Below the pieces are notes generated by a model. The model searched no databases and was not told the DNA's origin. It saw only the letters and a list, made by a program, of their open reading frames with translations. This document shows, in pieces, positions 46,664 to 56,711 of a DNA stretch of 64,000 bases. This DNA is from an uncultured delta proteobacterium (GTDB lineage Bacteria > Desulfobacterota > Binatia > JACPRU01). The number at the start of each line of letters is the position of its first letter. Position 1 is the stretch's first letter. The position numbers were made by a program, and so were the translations under genes. The stretch is taken from assembly GCA_963708955.1 (NCBI GenBank), contig CAVPWJ010000182.1, positions 10,684 through 74,683 of the forward strand, in the 5' to 3' direction.

Positions 46664-48046
46664 ATGTCTCGCAAGGTCCATCTCTCGAGCCTCGGCTGCC
46701 CCAAGAACCAAGTGGACGCCGAGGTGATGCTCGGCAAGCTGGTCGCCGAAGGCTACGAGGTTACGCTCGATCCGTCGCAGGCGGACGTGCTGATCGTCAA
46801 CACCTGCAGCTTCATCCAGCCGGCCAAGGAGGAATCGATCGACACGATCCTCGAGATGGGCCGCCACAAGACCGAGGAGGGGAGGGCCAAGCTGGTGGTC
46901 ACCGGGTGTCTGGCGGAACGCTACGGGAGAGAGTTGGCCACGGAGCTTCCCGAGGTCGACGCGTTCGTCGGCACGGGGGATTTCCTGCGACTGCCCGAGC
47001 TGCTCCGCGACCTCGGTCGTTCGCCGGCCGGTGCTCCGCCTGCCTACGTCGGTGCCCAGCACGTACTGCCGAACGCGAGCGTGCCGCGAATCCTCACGCA
47101 GCAGTCGTTTTCGGCGTATCTGAAGGTCTCCGAAGGCTGTAACCACCGCTGCGCGTTCTGCATCATTCCCAAGATCCGCGGGCGGCACGAGAGCCGGCCG
47201 CTCGACGATCTGGTGGCCGAGGCCGATGGCCTCGCGGCGCAAGGCGTCCGCGAGCTCAACCTCATCGCCCAGGATTTGACCGCCTATGGGCGCGATCTCG
47301 AGCGCCGCTCCGCGCTCGCGGATCTGGTTCGCGCGCTCGCGCGCGTCGAGGGCATCGACTGGATCCGGCTTCTCTATTGTTATCCGAACTACGTGACCGG
47401 CGAGCTGCTCGATGCCGTAGCCGACGAGCCGAAGGTATGCTCGTACGTCGACATGCCGCTGCAGCACGGCTCGGATCGGATGCTGCGGGCCATGCGCCGC
47501 GAGCGCTCGGCCGACTTACTTCGCCGGCTGGTGGAGAGGGTCCGCGCGCGAGTGCCCGAGGTGGTGCTGCGGACGTCGTTCATCGTCGGGTTTCCAGGAG
47601 AGACCGAGGAGGATTTTACGGACCTCTGCCGCTTCGTGAGCGAACTCGAGTTCGATCGCGTCGGCGTGTTCCGTTATTCGCAGGAGGAGAACACCGAGGC
47701 CGGCGCGATGGCCGGGCAGGTCACCGAAGCCGTCAAGGAAGGGCGCTGGCATCGGCTGATGCGGCTCCAGCGGGAGATTTCCAGGCGGAAGAACGCGCGG
47801 TGGGTTGGACGGGTGGTGCCGGTGCTCGCCTGCGGTGAGGACGACGACGGGCGTTCGTACGGCCGGACCGCGGGCCAGGCTCCGGAGATCGACGGCGTGG
47901 TCTTCCTCGAAGGCGGCTTCGCGCCCGGCGAGATGACCGTGGTTCGCATCACCGGATCGAGCGACTACGACTTGCATGGACGTCGGGCGGGCATCGAAAC
48001 CCTCGATACCCTTTCGGGGGTTGACAGCGTAACCCTTGAACCTTAA
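46664..48046 (+). CDS. rimO: Ribosomal protein S12 methylthiotransferase RimO
   Basis: N-terminal MTTase Cys cluster (LGCPKNQVD...NTCSF...TGC), radical-SAM CNHRCAFC, and a C-terminal TRAM domain. Confidence 0.9.
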   Translation: MSRKVHLSSLGCPKNQVDAEVMLGKLVAEGYEVTLDPSQADVLIVNTCSFIQPAKEESIDTILEMGRHKTEEGRAKLVVTGCLAERYGRELATELPEVDAFVGTGDFLRLPELLRDLGRSPAGAPPAYVGAQHVLPNASVPRILTQQSFSAYLKVSEGCNHRCAFCIIPKIRGRHESRPLDDLVAEADGLAAQGVRELNLIAQDLTAYGRDLERRSALADLVRALARVEGIDWIRLLYCYPNYVTGELLDAVADEPKVCSYVDMPLQHGSDRMLRAMRRERSADLLRRLVERVRARVPEVVLRTSFIVGFPGETEEDFTDLCRFVSELEFDRVGVFRYSQEENTEAGAMAGQVTEAVKEGRWHRLMRLQREISRRKNARWVGRVVPVLACGEDDDGRSYGRTAGQAPEIDGVVFLEGGFAPGEMTVVRITGSSDYDLHGRRAGIETLDTLSGVDSVTLEP

Positions 48047-48082
48047 CTCAAGGACCCCAAATCGACAGCAGAGGGTTCGGCA

Positions 48083-48511
48083 TTGACCGTTAGAAAAGCA
48101 TTTTTGAAGCAAGCCAAGGAAACGCTTCTCGACATGAAGGCTCAGGCCCTGCGGGGCCTTCGCGACGGTCTGAAGGAGGATCGCGAAGGGCAGAAGGACG
48201 ATGGGCGTGACACCTACGACGTCGCCAGCGAGGAGCGCGACCGCGAGATCAACTATCTGCTCTCCGACCGCGACCGCTCGAAGCTGGCGTCGATCGATCA
48301 AGCACTCGATCGTATCGAGGAAGGCATCTACGGCATTTGCGAGAGCTGCGAAGGCGAGATCACCCTGGAGCGGCTGAGGGCGATGCCGTTCACCCGCCTG
48401 TGCGTGCAGTGTCAGTCGGAGCGGGAGACTGAAGCGAAGCGCAATCGCCGCGCCGAGGATCTCGGAGCGTTCCGGCGAATCGGATCGGCGGACGTCGAAG
48501 AAGACAGTTAG
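48083..48511 (+). CDS. dksA: DksA/TraR-family C4 zinc-finger transcription factor
   Basis: The Cx2C...Cx2C finger is CESCEGEITLERLRAMPFTRLCVQC, preceded by a coiled-coil region. The start is TTG or an internal Met. Confidence 0.8.
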   Translation: MTVRKAFLKQAKETLLDMKAQALRGLRDGLKEDREGQKDDGRDTYDVASEERDREINYLLSDRDRSKLASIDQALDRIEEGIYGICESCEGEITLERLRAMPFTRLCVQCQSERETEAKRNRRAEDLGAFRRIGSADVEEDS

Positions 48512-48672
48512 CCTACCACGCCTTGCCGTCGTTCGGCTGCCGCATCAGCGGGCGGTAGTGGGGCGTCCGAGATGGACGGCACGTAGGATCATCCAGTCGA
48601 CCGCCGCGACCGCGATCCTCGGGAAGCCTCGTGGCCGGCCGTGACGCGGCGTGCTAACTTGGGATCCTTCCG

Positions 48673-49410
48673 ATGCTCAAGGGCTACGTCTCCGAGATCT
48701 TTTCGTCCTTTCAGGGCGAAGGCTTGTATGCGGGGCGGCGCCACGTGTTTCTGCGCATGGCAGGGTGCAATCTGCGCTGCCGGTACTGCGACACACCCGA
48801 CAGTCTCGAGCGCACCGCCCGCTGCACGATCCACCACGCCGACGGAGGGAAGCGCGAGGTCGCGAGCCCGCTCGCGGCCCCCGATCTCGCGAGCTTGCTC
48901 GCGCCGTTTCTCGCCCTCCCTGGGCTTCACGCGCTGGCCATTACCGGCGGCGAGCCGCTGGTGCAGTCGAGCTTCCTCGCCGACCTGCTCGCCGCGCTCC
49001 GCCCCGCCATGCCCGTACTGCTGGAGACCAACGGTAGCTATCCCGACCGGCTGGCGGCGGTGCTGCCATTCGTCGACATCGTCAGCATGGATGTCAAGCT
49101 GCCGTCGAGCTCGGGCGAGCCGGCGCTGTGGAAGCAACACGCGGAGTTTCTCGGCAAGAGCGTCGAGAAGAGCGTGTACGTGAAGGTTCCGGTCGACGAA
49201 GACACGCTCGACGACGAGCTCGACACGGCGGCGCGGTTGGTTGGCGCGGTGAGCCGCGATGTCGTTCTGTTCTTGCAGCCGATCGTTTCGCTGCAAGCCC
49301 GGATGCAGGTCTCGCCCGGGCGCCTCGATTGCTTCTACGAAATCGCCTGCCGGCACGTTGGCGACGTCCGCGTGCTGCCGCAGGCGCACAAGACGCTCGG
49401 CATCCGATGA
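48673..49410 (+). CDS. queE: 7-carboxy-7-deazaguanine synthase QueE (radical SAM)
   Basis: FSSFQGEGLYAGRRHVFLRMAGCNLRCRYCDT carries the Cx3Cx2C radical-SAM cluster. The product is 245 aa. Confidence 0.85.
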   Translation: MLKGYVSEIFSSFQGEGLYAGRRHVFLRMAGCNLRCRYCDTPDSLERTARCTIHHADGGKREVASPLAAPDLASLLAPFLALPGLHALAITGGEPLVQSSFLADLLAALRPAMPVLLETNGSYPDRLAAVLPFVDIVSMDVKLPSSSGEPALWKQHAEFLGKSVEKSVYVKVPVDEDTLDDELDTAARLVGAVSRDVVLFLQPIVSLQARMQVSPGRLDCFYEIACRHVGDVRVLPQAHKTLGIR

Positions 49411-51041
49411 GCGCCGCCGCCGAGCTGCGCCGCGCAAAGCTCCGGCACCTCCGCGAAGAGACGTTCGACCTGCTCGTCATCGGCGGCGGCATCAACGGTG
49501 CCGGCATCGCCCGCGAAGCGGCGCTGCGCGGAATCCGTACCGCGTTGGTGGACAAGGGCGACTTCGCCAGCGGGACCAGCAGCCGCTCCTCCAAGCTCAT
49601 TCACGGCGGCTTCCGCTATCTCGAGACCCGCGACTTCGGCCTCGTCCTCGCAGCGTCGCGAGAGCGGGACCTGCTGCGGCGCCGCCTCGCGCCCCATCTC
49701 GTTCGGCCGCTGCGCTTCTTCTTTCCGATGTATCGAGGGGGGGCGCTGCGCCCGTGGAAGCTCCGCGCCGGCCTGCTACTCTACGACGTGCTGTCCGCGT
49801 TTCGCAACATCGAGCGGCATCGCAGCGTGCCCGGCGCGCAGGCGGCGGCGATCGAGCCTCGGCTGCGGAGCGAAGGCCTGTGCGGCGGCGCGCTCTACTA
49901 CGATTGCCTGACGGACGACTCGCGGCTCGTGCTCGAGACCGTGCTCTCCGCCGAGGAAGCCGGGGCGACGTGCCTCAACTACGTCTGCGTCGAGGCTCTC
50001 GAGAAGGACGGCGGCCGCCTCGGCGGCGCGCTGCTGCGCGATCTCGACGACGAGGGTGGAAGCTTCCGCGTGTGCGCGCGATCGACCGTCAACGCGGCCG
50101 GCCCGTGGCTCGACCGCATCCGCGCACTCGACGATCCCGCGGCGCCGCCCGTACTGCGTCTCACCAAGGGAGTGCACCTCGTATTACCGAGAGCGCGCGT
50201 CGGCAACCGCAACGCCATCGTGCTGAACGCGGTGCGCGACGGGCGGATCTTGTTCGTCATCCCGTGGGAGGAGCAAACGCTGGTCGGCACGACCGACACC
50301 GACTTCGATGGATCTCCGGACCGCCTGACCGTCGAGCCGCGGGACCTGGCCTATCTGCTCGAGACGCTCGACTTCTACTTTCCCCAGGCGCGCCTCGACG
50401 AGCGCGACGTGGTGGCGAGCTTCGCCGGCCTGCGGCCGCTGGTCGGCGGATCGGTCGGCGAGGCGCCGTCCGAAGTGTCGCGCGAGGAAGCGTTGTTCGA
50501 GAGCGCCTCGGGTCTGATCTCGCTTGGCGGCGGCAAGCTCACCACCTACCGTCGGGTGGCGGTCAAAGTCGTCGACGTGGTGGCCCGGCGGCTGCGCAGG
50601 GAGCACGGGATCGACGTCAAGCGCCATTCCGGAACCGACCGTCGCCCGCTGCCCGGCGCGGTGAGCCCGGTGATCGATGCCTCGAGCGGCGACCTCGCCG
50701 CTCACCTGCGAGCGCGCTATGGCTCGCGGGCCGGCGCCGTGCTGGCGATCGTCGATGCGGAGGCGGCACTCGCCGCGCCGCTGTCCCCCGGATCTCCCGA
50801 TGCCCAGGCCGAAGCGGCGTTCGCTGCCCGCACCGAGTTGGCGGTGCGGATCGAGGACGTGCTGCGGCGGCGCACGGGAGTGGCGTTACGAAATGCCGAT
50901 GGCGGCGTCGGCGCCGCCCAGACCACCGCCGCATTGATGGCGAGCGAGCTCGGGTGGAGCAAGGTCGTGGAAGAACGCCGTGCGCGCGAGTACGTCGAGC
51001 GCCCGGGTTCGGCGGTGGGGGAGCAGAGGAGGTGGGCGTGA
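49407..51041 (+). CDS. glpD: FAD-dependent glycerol-3-phosphate dehydrogenase
   Basis: The FAD fold is DLLVIGGGINGAGIA. Conserved GlpD blocks are KLIHGGFRYLE and RLTKGVHLV. The start overlaps the queE stop. Confidence 0.8.
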   Translation: MSAAAELRRAKLRHLREETFDLLVIGGGINGAGIAREAALRGIRTALVDKGDFASGTSSRSSKLIHGGFRYLETRDFGLVLAASRERDLLRRRLAPHLVRPLRFFFPMYRGGALRPWKLRAGLLLYDVLSAFRNIERHRSVPGAQAAAIEPRLRSEGLCGGALYYDCLTDDSRLVLETVLSAEEAGATCLNYVCVEALEKDGGRLGGALLRDLDDEGGSFRVCARSTVNAAGPWLDRIRALDDPAAPPVLRLTKGVHLVLPRARVGNRNAIVLNAVRDGRILFVIPWEEQTLVGTTDTDFDGSPDRLTVEPRDLAYLLETLDFYFPQARLDERDVVASFAGLRPLVGGSVGEAPSEVSREEALFESASGLISLGGGKLTTYRRVAVKVVDVVARRLRREHGIDVKRHSGTDRRPLPGAVSPVIDASSGDLAAHLRARYGSRAGAVLAIVDAEAALAAPLSPGSPDAQAEAAFAARTELAVRIEDVLRRRTGVALRNADGGVGAAQTTAALMASELGWSKVVEERRAREYVERPGSAVGEQRRWA

Positions 51042-51748
51042 AGAAGAAGCAAACGGGCGTTCCGCGGCGCGAGACGGCGGCGGCTCGTCGCGAACGTGCG
51101 CAGCGCATCGCCGAACGGCTCGCCGAGACCTATCCCGACGCGACCTGCGAGCTCGACTTCTGCTCTCCGTGGCAACTGCTGGTCGCGACCATCCTCTCCG
51201 CGCAGTGCACCGACAAGATGGTGAACCAGGTGACGCCGGCGCTGTTCGAGGAGTTCCCCGACCCGGCGGCGCTGTCGCGGGCGCCGCAGGAACGAGTTGA
51301 GCAGCTCGTGCGCAAGACGGGCTTCTTCAGTCAGAAGTCGAAAGCGATCCGCGCTGCCGCCCGCGCCGTCGTCGAGAGGTTCTCCGGTCGCGTGCCGGAG
51401 ACGATCGACGAGCTCATTTCATTGCAAGGAGTAGGCCGCAAAACGGCAAGCGTGGTGGTCGGGACCGCTTTTGGTCAGCCGGCGGTGTTCGTGGATACCC
51501 ACGTCAATCGGCTGACGAATCGGCTCGGCCTCACGCAAACAAGCAAGCCGGACAAAATTGAACGGGACGTGAAAGGTTTACTTCCTTCGGAACGCTGGAC
51601 GGCGTTCTGCCACCGGCTGATTCATCATGGGCGCAGAGTTTGCTCTGCACGCAAGCCGCAGTGCGGCGGTTGTGCGCTTCTCGATCTCTGTCCGCAGGTC
51701 GGTGTCCGAGCTCGACCGTCCCCCGCCAATTTCGGTGGCCTCCCTTAG
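51038..51748 (+). CDS. nth: Endonuclease III
   Basis: The HhH-GPD region is LQGVGRKTASVV. The C-terminal 4Fe-4S cluster is CSARKPQCGGCALLDLC. GTG start with a GGAGG SD. Confidence 0.85.
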   Translation: MKKKQTGVPRRETAAARRERAQRIAERLAETYPDATCELDFCSPWQLLVATILSAQCTDKMVNQVTPALFEEFPDPAALSRAPQERVEQLVRKTGFFSQKSKAIRAAARAVVERFSGRVPETIDELISLQGVGRKTASVVVGTAFGQPAVFVDTHVNRLTNRLGLTQTSKPDKIERDVKGLLPSERWTAFCHRLIHHGRRVCSARKPQCGGCALLDLCPQVGVRARPSPANFGGLP

Positions 51749-51882
51749 CGAACGGCGTGCCGGACCCCTTGCGGGCCGTGCCCCAGAAAGACGAGCGGCG
51801 AAAAAAACCTTGACATTCAAGAATATACGGCCCTATGCTCCGCGTGCAGCGGGACGGTGGAGAGGCGAGTGGGGAGGTAGCC

Positions 51883-52917
51883 ATGGCCGTCTACACACTG
51901 ATCGATCGTGAAGAGCTTGCAAGAATCGTAGAGGACTACGGGCTCGGCAAGCTGCTGGTCAGCGACGGAGTTGCGAGCGGCTCGATCAACACGCACTATT
52001 TCCTCAACACGGCGAGAGGAAAATACCTCCTCAAGATCGACGAAGTGAAGAGCGAGCTGGAGGTCAAGCGCGAGATCGACCTCCTGCTCTTCCTCCGCAA
52101 GCACGCTTTCCCTTGCCCGCAGCCGCTCAGCGACCGCAAGGGGCGGCAGTACCGGGATCTCGGCGGTAAATGTATCTCTCTCTATCGACATATCGAGGGC
52201 AATACTTTCGATTCGAGCGAGTTCTCCTCGGGACAGCTCGAGGACGTCGGGCGCGAGTTCGCATCGCTCCATCTGATCGGCAAGGGATACAAGAAGGGTA
52301 TCGAGAATCGCTTCAGCTTTGATCGCGTCTTCGAGCTGTACCGCGACATACGCGACAAGCTTCCCGGCTACTTCAAAAAGGTGACGCGCACCCTGGACGA
52401 GGAAGTGGAGTATCTTCACTACTACCTCGAAGGGAAGCTGCCCAAGGGGGTCATCCACGGCGACCTGTTCGGCGACAACCTGCTGTTCAAGGGCGACAAG
52501 GTGGTCGGCGTCCTCGACTTCGAGGCCGCCTGCCGCGGCAAGTTTGTCTACGACATCGCCACGGCCGTGAACGCCTTGTGCTTCGTCGAGGGCAAGTACC
52601 ATCTCCCTCGCTTCGAGGCGCTGATCGCCGGCTACGAGTCGCTGCGAACGCTGTCGCTCGCTGAGTGGGACGCGTTTCCGAACGAGCTGCGCTTCTCGGC
52701 GCTGCGCTTCACGATCACCCGCCTGAAGGACTTCTTCCTGCGGCCGCTCGACGAGCGCTTGCGGGCCAGCAAGGACTTCCAGGAGTTCTACGACCGCCTG
52801 CGCATCCTGCGCCGTGAGGAAGACGGCGGCATGGAAGGCCTGCTGATGGCGATGGCCACCGGCTACGACTATCGCAAGTATCAAAAGGTCAAGGCCGTCG
52901 AGAAGAAGGGTAAGTAG
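51883..52917 (+). CDS. thrB: Homoserine kinase type II (ThrB2, aminoglycoside-phosphotransferase fold)
   Basis: The N-terminus [43 protein letters not shown] and the catalytic [12 protein letters not shown] are as in Pseudomonas-type homoserine kinases. Confidence 0.8.
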   Translation: MAVYTLIDREELARIVEDYGLGKLLVSDGVASGSINTHYFLNTARGKYLLKIDEVKSELEVKREIDLLLFLRKHAFPCPQPLSDRKGRQYRDLGGKCISLYRHIEGNTFDSSEFSSGQLEDVGREFASLHLIGKGYKKGIENRFSFDRVFELYRDIRDKLPGYFKKVTRTLDEEVEYLHYYLEGKLPKGVIHGDLFGDNLLFKGDKVVGVLDFEAACRGKFVYDIATAVNALCFVEGKYHLPRFEALIAGYESLRTLSLAEWDAFPNELRFSALRFTITRLKDFFLRPLDERLRASKDFQEFYDRLRILRREEDGGMEGLLMAMATGYDYRKYQKVKAVEKKGK

Positions 52918-52973
52918 CCCCTCGCCCGGGCCCCGTGCTGACTCCGCCCGAATTCCGAGCTATAGGTCAACGA

Positions 52974-53588
52974 ATGAAGGCCGTGCGGAACCGCAAAGGG
53001 CGCCTCCGTCTCGCGCGCGCATCGACGCTGCCGAAGATCGAGCCGCAGGTGCGGTCGATCCTCGAGAGGCTCGGCGAGGATCCCGCGCGCGAGGGCCTGA
53101 CGAAGACGCCGATGCGGGTGGCGCGCGCTCTCGGGTATCTGACGAGCGGCTATCACCAGGATCCCAAGGCGATCATCAACGGAGCGCTGTTCGTCGAGGA
53201 CTACTCCGAGATGATCCTTTGCCGCGACATCGATTTCTTCTCGCTCTGCGAACATCACCTGCTACCGTTCTTCGGCCGCGCGCAGGTCGCCTACATTCCG
53301 AAGCGCCACATCATCGGCCTCTCGAAGCTCGCTCGGCTGGTGGAGGTCTTCGCCCGCCGGCTACAGGTACAGGAGCGGATGACCACGCAAATCGCCAGCA
53401 CGCTGATGGAAGAGCTCGACGCGCTCGGGGTCGGCGTGGTGCTCAAGGCCGAGCACCTGTGCATGCGCATGCGCGGGGTCGAGAAGCAGAATTCGCTGGT
53501 GGTGACGAGCGCGATGCTCGGCACGTTTCGCACGCATCAAGCGACGCGCCAGGAATTCATGACTTTGCTGCAAGACGGGAAGGGGTAG
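52974..53588 (+). CDS. folE: GTP cyclohydrolase I
   Basis: [22 protein letters not shown] and the other FolE blocks are present. The alternative start is at 52935. Confidence 0.85.
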   Translation: MKAVRNRKGRLRLARASTLPKIEPQVRSILERLGEDPAREGLTKTPMRVARALGYLTSGYHQDPKAIINGALFVEDYSEMILCRDIDFFSLCEHHLLPFFGRAQVAYIPKRHIIGLSKLARLVEVFARRLQVQERMTTQIASTLMEELDALGVGVVLKAEHLCMRMRGVEKQNSLVVTSAMLGTFRTHQATRQEFMTLLQDGKG

Positions 53589-53650
53589 CGGGGGGCGGGT
53601 GCGGATGGATCTGCTTCGCAGTTCATCCCCCCGGACGGAGTTTCCCCGCT

Positions 53651-54307
53651 CTACCGCTTGCGGACGAGGGTGAGGCCGTCGGCGATCGGGACCAGGGCGA
53701 GATCGACGCGGTCGTCGCTGGCGATGTGCTCGTTCAGCGCGCGGATGATCTGCGTCGTCTCCGACTGATCCGTGGGGTCGGCGACGCCGCCGCCCCACAG
53801 GACGTTGTCGATGCCGATCAGCCCGCCGGGGCGCAGCCGCCGCAGGATCTCTTCGTAGTAGCTCTGGTAGGACGACTTGTCGGCGTCGATGAAGGCGAAA
53901 TCGAAGTGCTCGTTCAGCGGCAACGACCGTAGGGTGTCGAGTGCCGGCGCGATGCGCAGATCGATCTTGCGATCCACGCCGGCCTCCCGGAAGTAACGGC
54001 GGGCGACGGCGATCCATTCCTCACTGACGTCGCAGCAGAGCAGGCGCCCGTCGTCGGGAAGGCCGCGGGCGATGGAGATCGCGCTGTAGCCGGTGAAGGT
54101 TCCGACCTCGACGGCACGACGCGCGCCGATCGAGCGGACGAGCAGGGTGAGCAGCGCACCCTGGTCCGGCGCGATCTGCATGGCCGCGATCGATCCAAGC
54201 GCCGCCGTCTCCTCCGCGAGGCGGCGCAAGACGTCGTCTTGCCGCGCACCGTGCTCGACGACATAGCGGTACAGCGCTGGCGTCATCCGCAGGAACTTGT
54301 CGGGCAT
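53651..54307 (-). CDS. Class I SAM-dependent O-methyltransferase (caffeoyl-CoA OMT/YrrM-like)
   Basis: The SAM motif is VEVGTFTGYSA. The acidic FDFAFIDADK is typical of family 3 OMTs. Confidence 0.8.
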   Translation of the reverse strand: MPDKFLRMTPALYRYVVEHGARQDDVLRRLAEETAALGSIAAMQIAPDQGALLTLLVRSIGARRAVEVGTFTGYSAISIARGLPDDGRLLCCDVSEEWIAVARRYFREAGVDRKIDLRIAPALDTLRSLPLNEHFDFAFIDADKSSYQSYYEEILRRLRPGGLIGIDNVLWGGGVADPTDQSETTQIIRALNEHIASDDRVDLALVPIADGLTLVRKR

Positions 54308-54344
54308 CGTCGATCTCCGAACGCGAGCGGCCGACGCGCGGCCG

Positions 54345-55115
54345 TCAGTGCGACGTCTCGTCCTTTTTCATGCCTTGGATGTAGCTCGAGAGCTCGGCGT
54401 TGCTCTCGACGGCCTTGAGGAGCTGAGCCTGGAAGGTGGCGGCGGCGGATTCGAGCGGCGCCATGTCGATCGGCAGATCGATCCACTCGCGAAGCTTCAG
54501 CAACAGCGCTAGGGCGCCGCGCGGGTTCGGCGTTCCGGCGATGTAGTGGGGAATGGCCGCCCACAGGCTGAACAGCGGTAGCCCCTTGCGGTATACGCCG
54601 TCGGCGAGCGCGCTGGCGATCCCGGTCGGGCCCTGATAGGCGGTTGCGGATACCTTCAGACGATCGAGCAGCGCCGGATCGGAGGCGAAGCCGGTGAGCG
54701 GCACCGGATCGGTGTACATGACCTCGGAGAGGAACGCGCCGAGCAGAGCCACCTGTTCCACTTTCAGCTCTTCCATGAGACGAACGACGTTCCCGCAGAA
54801 CGTCTTCCAGCGCAGGTGCGGCTCGGGCCCGACCGCGAAGATCAGGTTGTGCGCCGCCGAGAACTCGCACCCCGGCCATTGCAGGTGCCGGATCTGCTGA
54901 TCGCCCAGCCGCACCAGCGGACGCTGCACCGTGAAGTCGAAAAATTCCTCTCCGTCGATGGACGCGAACTTCTGCGCCTCGAGACGAGCCGCGACGTACT
55001 GGACGGCGGCGGTCGCGGCCGATCCCGCATCGCTCCACCCCGAGAATGCCATCACCAGCGTGGGGTGTTCGATCTCGGGACGAAAGTGGATGGTCAGGGA
55101 GTCTGCCGCAGCCAT
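54345..55115 (-). CDS. PAC2-family protein
   Basis: The N-terminus TLVMAFSGWSDAGSAATAAVQYV is typical of PF09754 proteins. The product is 256 aa. Confidence 0.7.
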   Translation of the reverse strand: MAAADSLTIHFRPEIEHPTLVMAFSGWSDAGSAATAAVQYVAARLEAQKFASIDGEEFFDFTVQRPLVRLGDQQIRHLQWPGCEFSAAHNLIFAVGPEPHLRWKTFCGNVVRLMEELKVEQVALLGAFLSEVMYTDPVPLTGFASDPALLDRLKVSATAYQGPTGIASALADGVYRKGLPLFSLWAAIPHYIAGTPNPRGALALLLKLREWIDLPIDMAPLESAAATFQAQLLKAVESNAELSSYIQGMKKDETSH

Positions 55116-55122
55116 TGTAACC

Positions 55123-55347
55123 TCAGCCTTCCGATGCGCCAGTCTTCGTCGCCGCGAAACCGAGTTGCTCGTGCCAGTCGAGGTGGACCTCGATGTCGTC
55201 GACGTCGATGGTGCACAACCGGTCGCGCGCGAGCGCGGCGCCGATCTGGCCGTCGCCCCACCCGCGCCGGGCGGCTGCCGCGCGCAGCGTGGCTTCGAAC
55301 GCGGGCCAGTCGAACAGCAGGCGAAATCGCGGGCATCTCATCATCAC
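55123..55347 (-). CDS. Small hypothetical protein upstream of the PAC2 gene
   Basis: A 74-aa ORF with strong GC3 bias ends 8 nt before the PAC2 start. No family is recognised. Confidence 0.35.
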   Translation of the reverse strand: MMMRCPRFRLLFDWPAFEATLRAAAARRGWGDGQIGAALARDRLCTIDVDDIEVHLDWHEQLGFAATKTGASEG

Positions 55348-55447
55348 CTCCGCGTGGCCGCGCAGCGGTCACCGAAACGCCGTCGGCCTATCGAGGCATC
55401 GAATCTCATGTCTTCGTGCGGGAGTAAGTAGATTGTGCCGTGGTCGA

Positions 55448-56446
55448 TCATCGGACCGGCGTGGCGCGCCACACTACTCGATCGTCTTTCTCGACCTTCT
55501 CGGCGCGGCCGTCTCGCCGCATGTGCTCGAGATGCGCAAGCGTCTCGAACGTGGCGGGGAACTGCTGCTGGTACGGGCTCTGTGGCGTCAGGTCGAAGGC
55601 CTCGATCGCGATCTCGTAAGCGGTGCGCGGCCGGCCGCGGGCGAGATCGAGCATCACCTGCATGCGATATTCGTGGAACTCGAGGAGCTGAGTGACGCGC
55701 TTACGGTGGTCGTGGTAGACGGCGCCGTGAGCCGAAAGAACGGTCTCGACGTCGAGATCTCCGATCTTACGCAGCGACGCGAGGAAGTCGCCGAGCGGGT
55801 TTCCCGCGGGGTCGGAGGAGATGCCGACGTGCGGCGTGATCTTCGGCAGCAAATGATCGCCGACCACCACCACCTTTTCGCGGCGGAAGTACATCACGCA
55901 GTGACCCGGGGTGTGCCCCGGCGTCCATACCACCTCCATCGTGCGCTCGCCGACGGAGATGCGGTCTTGATCGGCCAGCGGACGATCCGGCTTCGCCGGC
56001 GCGTACATGTCCTTCCAGAACTCGCCGGGGCTCGGCAGGTTCGCGAAGTCTTCGATCGGGATGCCGTTTCGCTCGAAGAAGCGAAACGTCTCCGCGCTGC
56101 GCGGCTGCGGCAGGTACGTGGCGACGAGATCGACCTCGAGGGGGTGGAGAAAGACCTCGGCGTGGCAGAGCTCGCGGTAGGGGTGCGAGGTGCCGAAGTG
56201 ATCGGGATGGTGATGCGTGCAGACGATCTTGCCGATCTGCTCCGGCCGGCACCCGACCTGGTCGAGCGCGGCGCGGAAAGCGGCGCGGCTCTCCGGCGTG
56301 CTCATGCCCGTGTCGATCAGCGCCCATTCCGATCCGCCGTCGATCAGATAGACGTTGACGATCGTCGGCTTCATCGGCAACGGTAGGTGGATCAGGTGGA
56401 ATCCGTGAGCGACTTCTCGGACCTTGACGTCGGTTGGCTCGGACAT
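55448..56446 (-). CDS. MBL-fold metallo-hydrolase
   Basis: HHHPDHFG (the HxHxDH motif), a later His in TPGHTPGH, and the C-terminal Asp/His ligands. The product is 332 aa. Confidence 0.85.
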   Translation of the reverse strand: MSEPTDVKVREVAHGFHLIHLPLPMKPTIVNVYLIDGGSEWALIDTGMSTPESRAAFRAALDQVGCRPEQIGKIVCTHHHPDHFGTSHPYRELCHAEVFLHPLEVDLVATYLPQPRSAETFRFFERNGIPIEDFANLPSPGEFWKDMYAPAKPDRPLADQDRISVGERTMEVVWTPGHTPGHCVMYFRREKVVVVGDHLLPKITPHVGISSDPAGNPLGDFLASLRKIGDLDVETVLSAHGAVYHDHRKRVTQLLEFHEYRMQVMLDLARGRPRTAYEIAIEAFDLTPQSPYQQQFPATFETLAHLEHMRRDGRAEKVEKDDRVVWRATPVR

Positions 56447-56449
56447 CGG

Positions 56450-56662
56450 CTATTCGTGAGTCTGGTCCTGGATCACGAACGTCACCTCGACGCGGACCCG
56501 CCAGCGGATCACCGCATCGTTCTCGACCAAAGCGACGGCTTCGAGCACCTTCGCTTGGCGGATCTGCTTCACGGTGAGCGCGGCGCGCTTGATGGCGAGG
56601 TTGACCGCATCCTCGATGCCGATCGCCGAAGTGCCGATGAGGTCGATGGTCTTCTCCACCAT
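56450..56662 (-). CDS. Dodecin-family flavin-binding protein
   Basis: ATG at 56662 has an AGGAGA SD. The 70-aa product MVEKTIDLIGTSAIGIEDAVNLAIKRA...RWRVRVEVTFVI matches the dodecin fold consensus. Its stop is 4 nt from the MBL hydrolase start. Confidence 0.8.
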   Translation of the reverse strand: MVEKTIDLIGTSAIGIEDAVNLAIKRAALTVKQIRQAKVLEAVALVENDAVIRWRVRVEVTFVIQDQTHE

Positions 56663-56711
56663 GGCGGGGCTCTCCTTACCGCGTCGCGGTGAATGCCGCG
56701 AGACGAGACTA

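Noticed and set aside
55193-56386. 397-aa plus-strand ORF
   Set aside because: It is antisense to the MBL-fold hydrolase, which has an intact HxHxDH motif. The translation is low-complexity.
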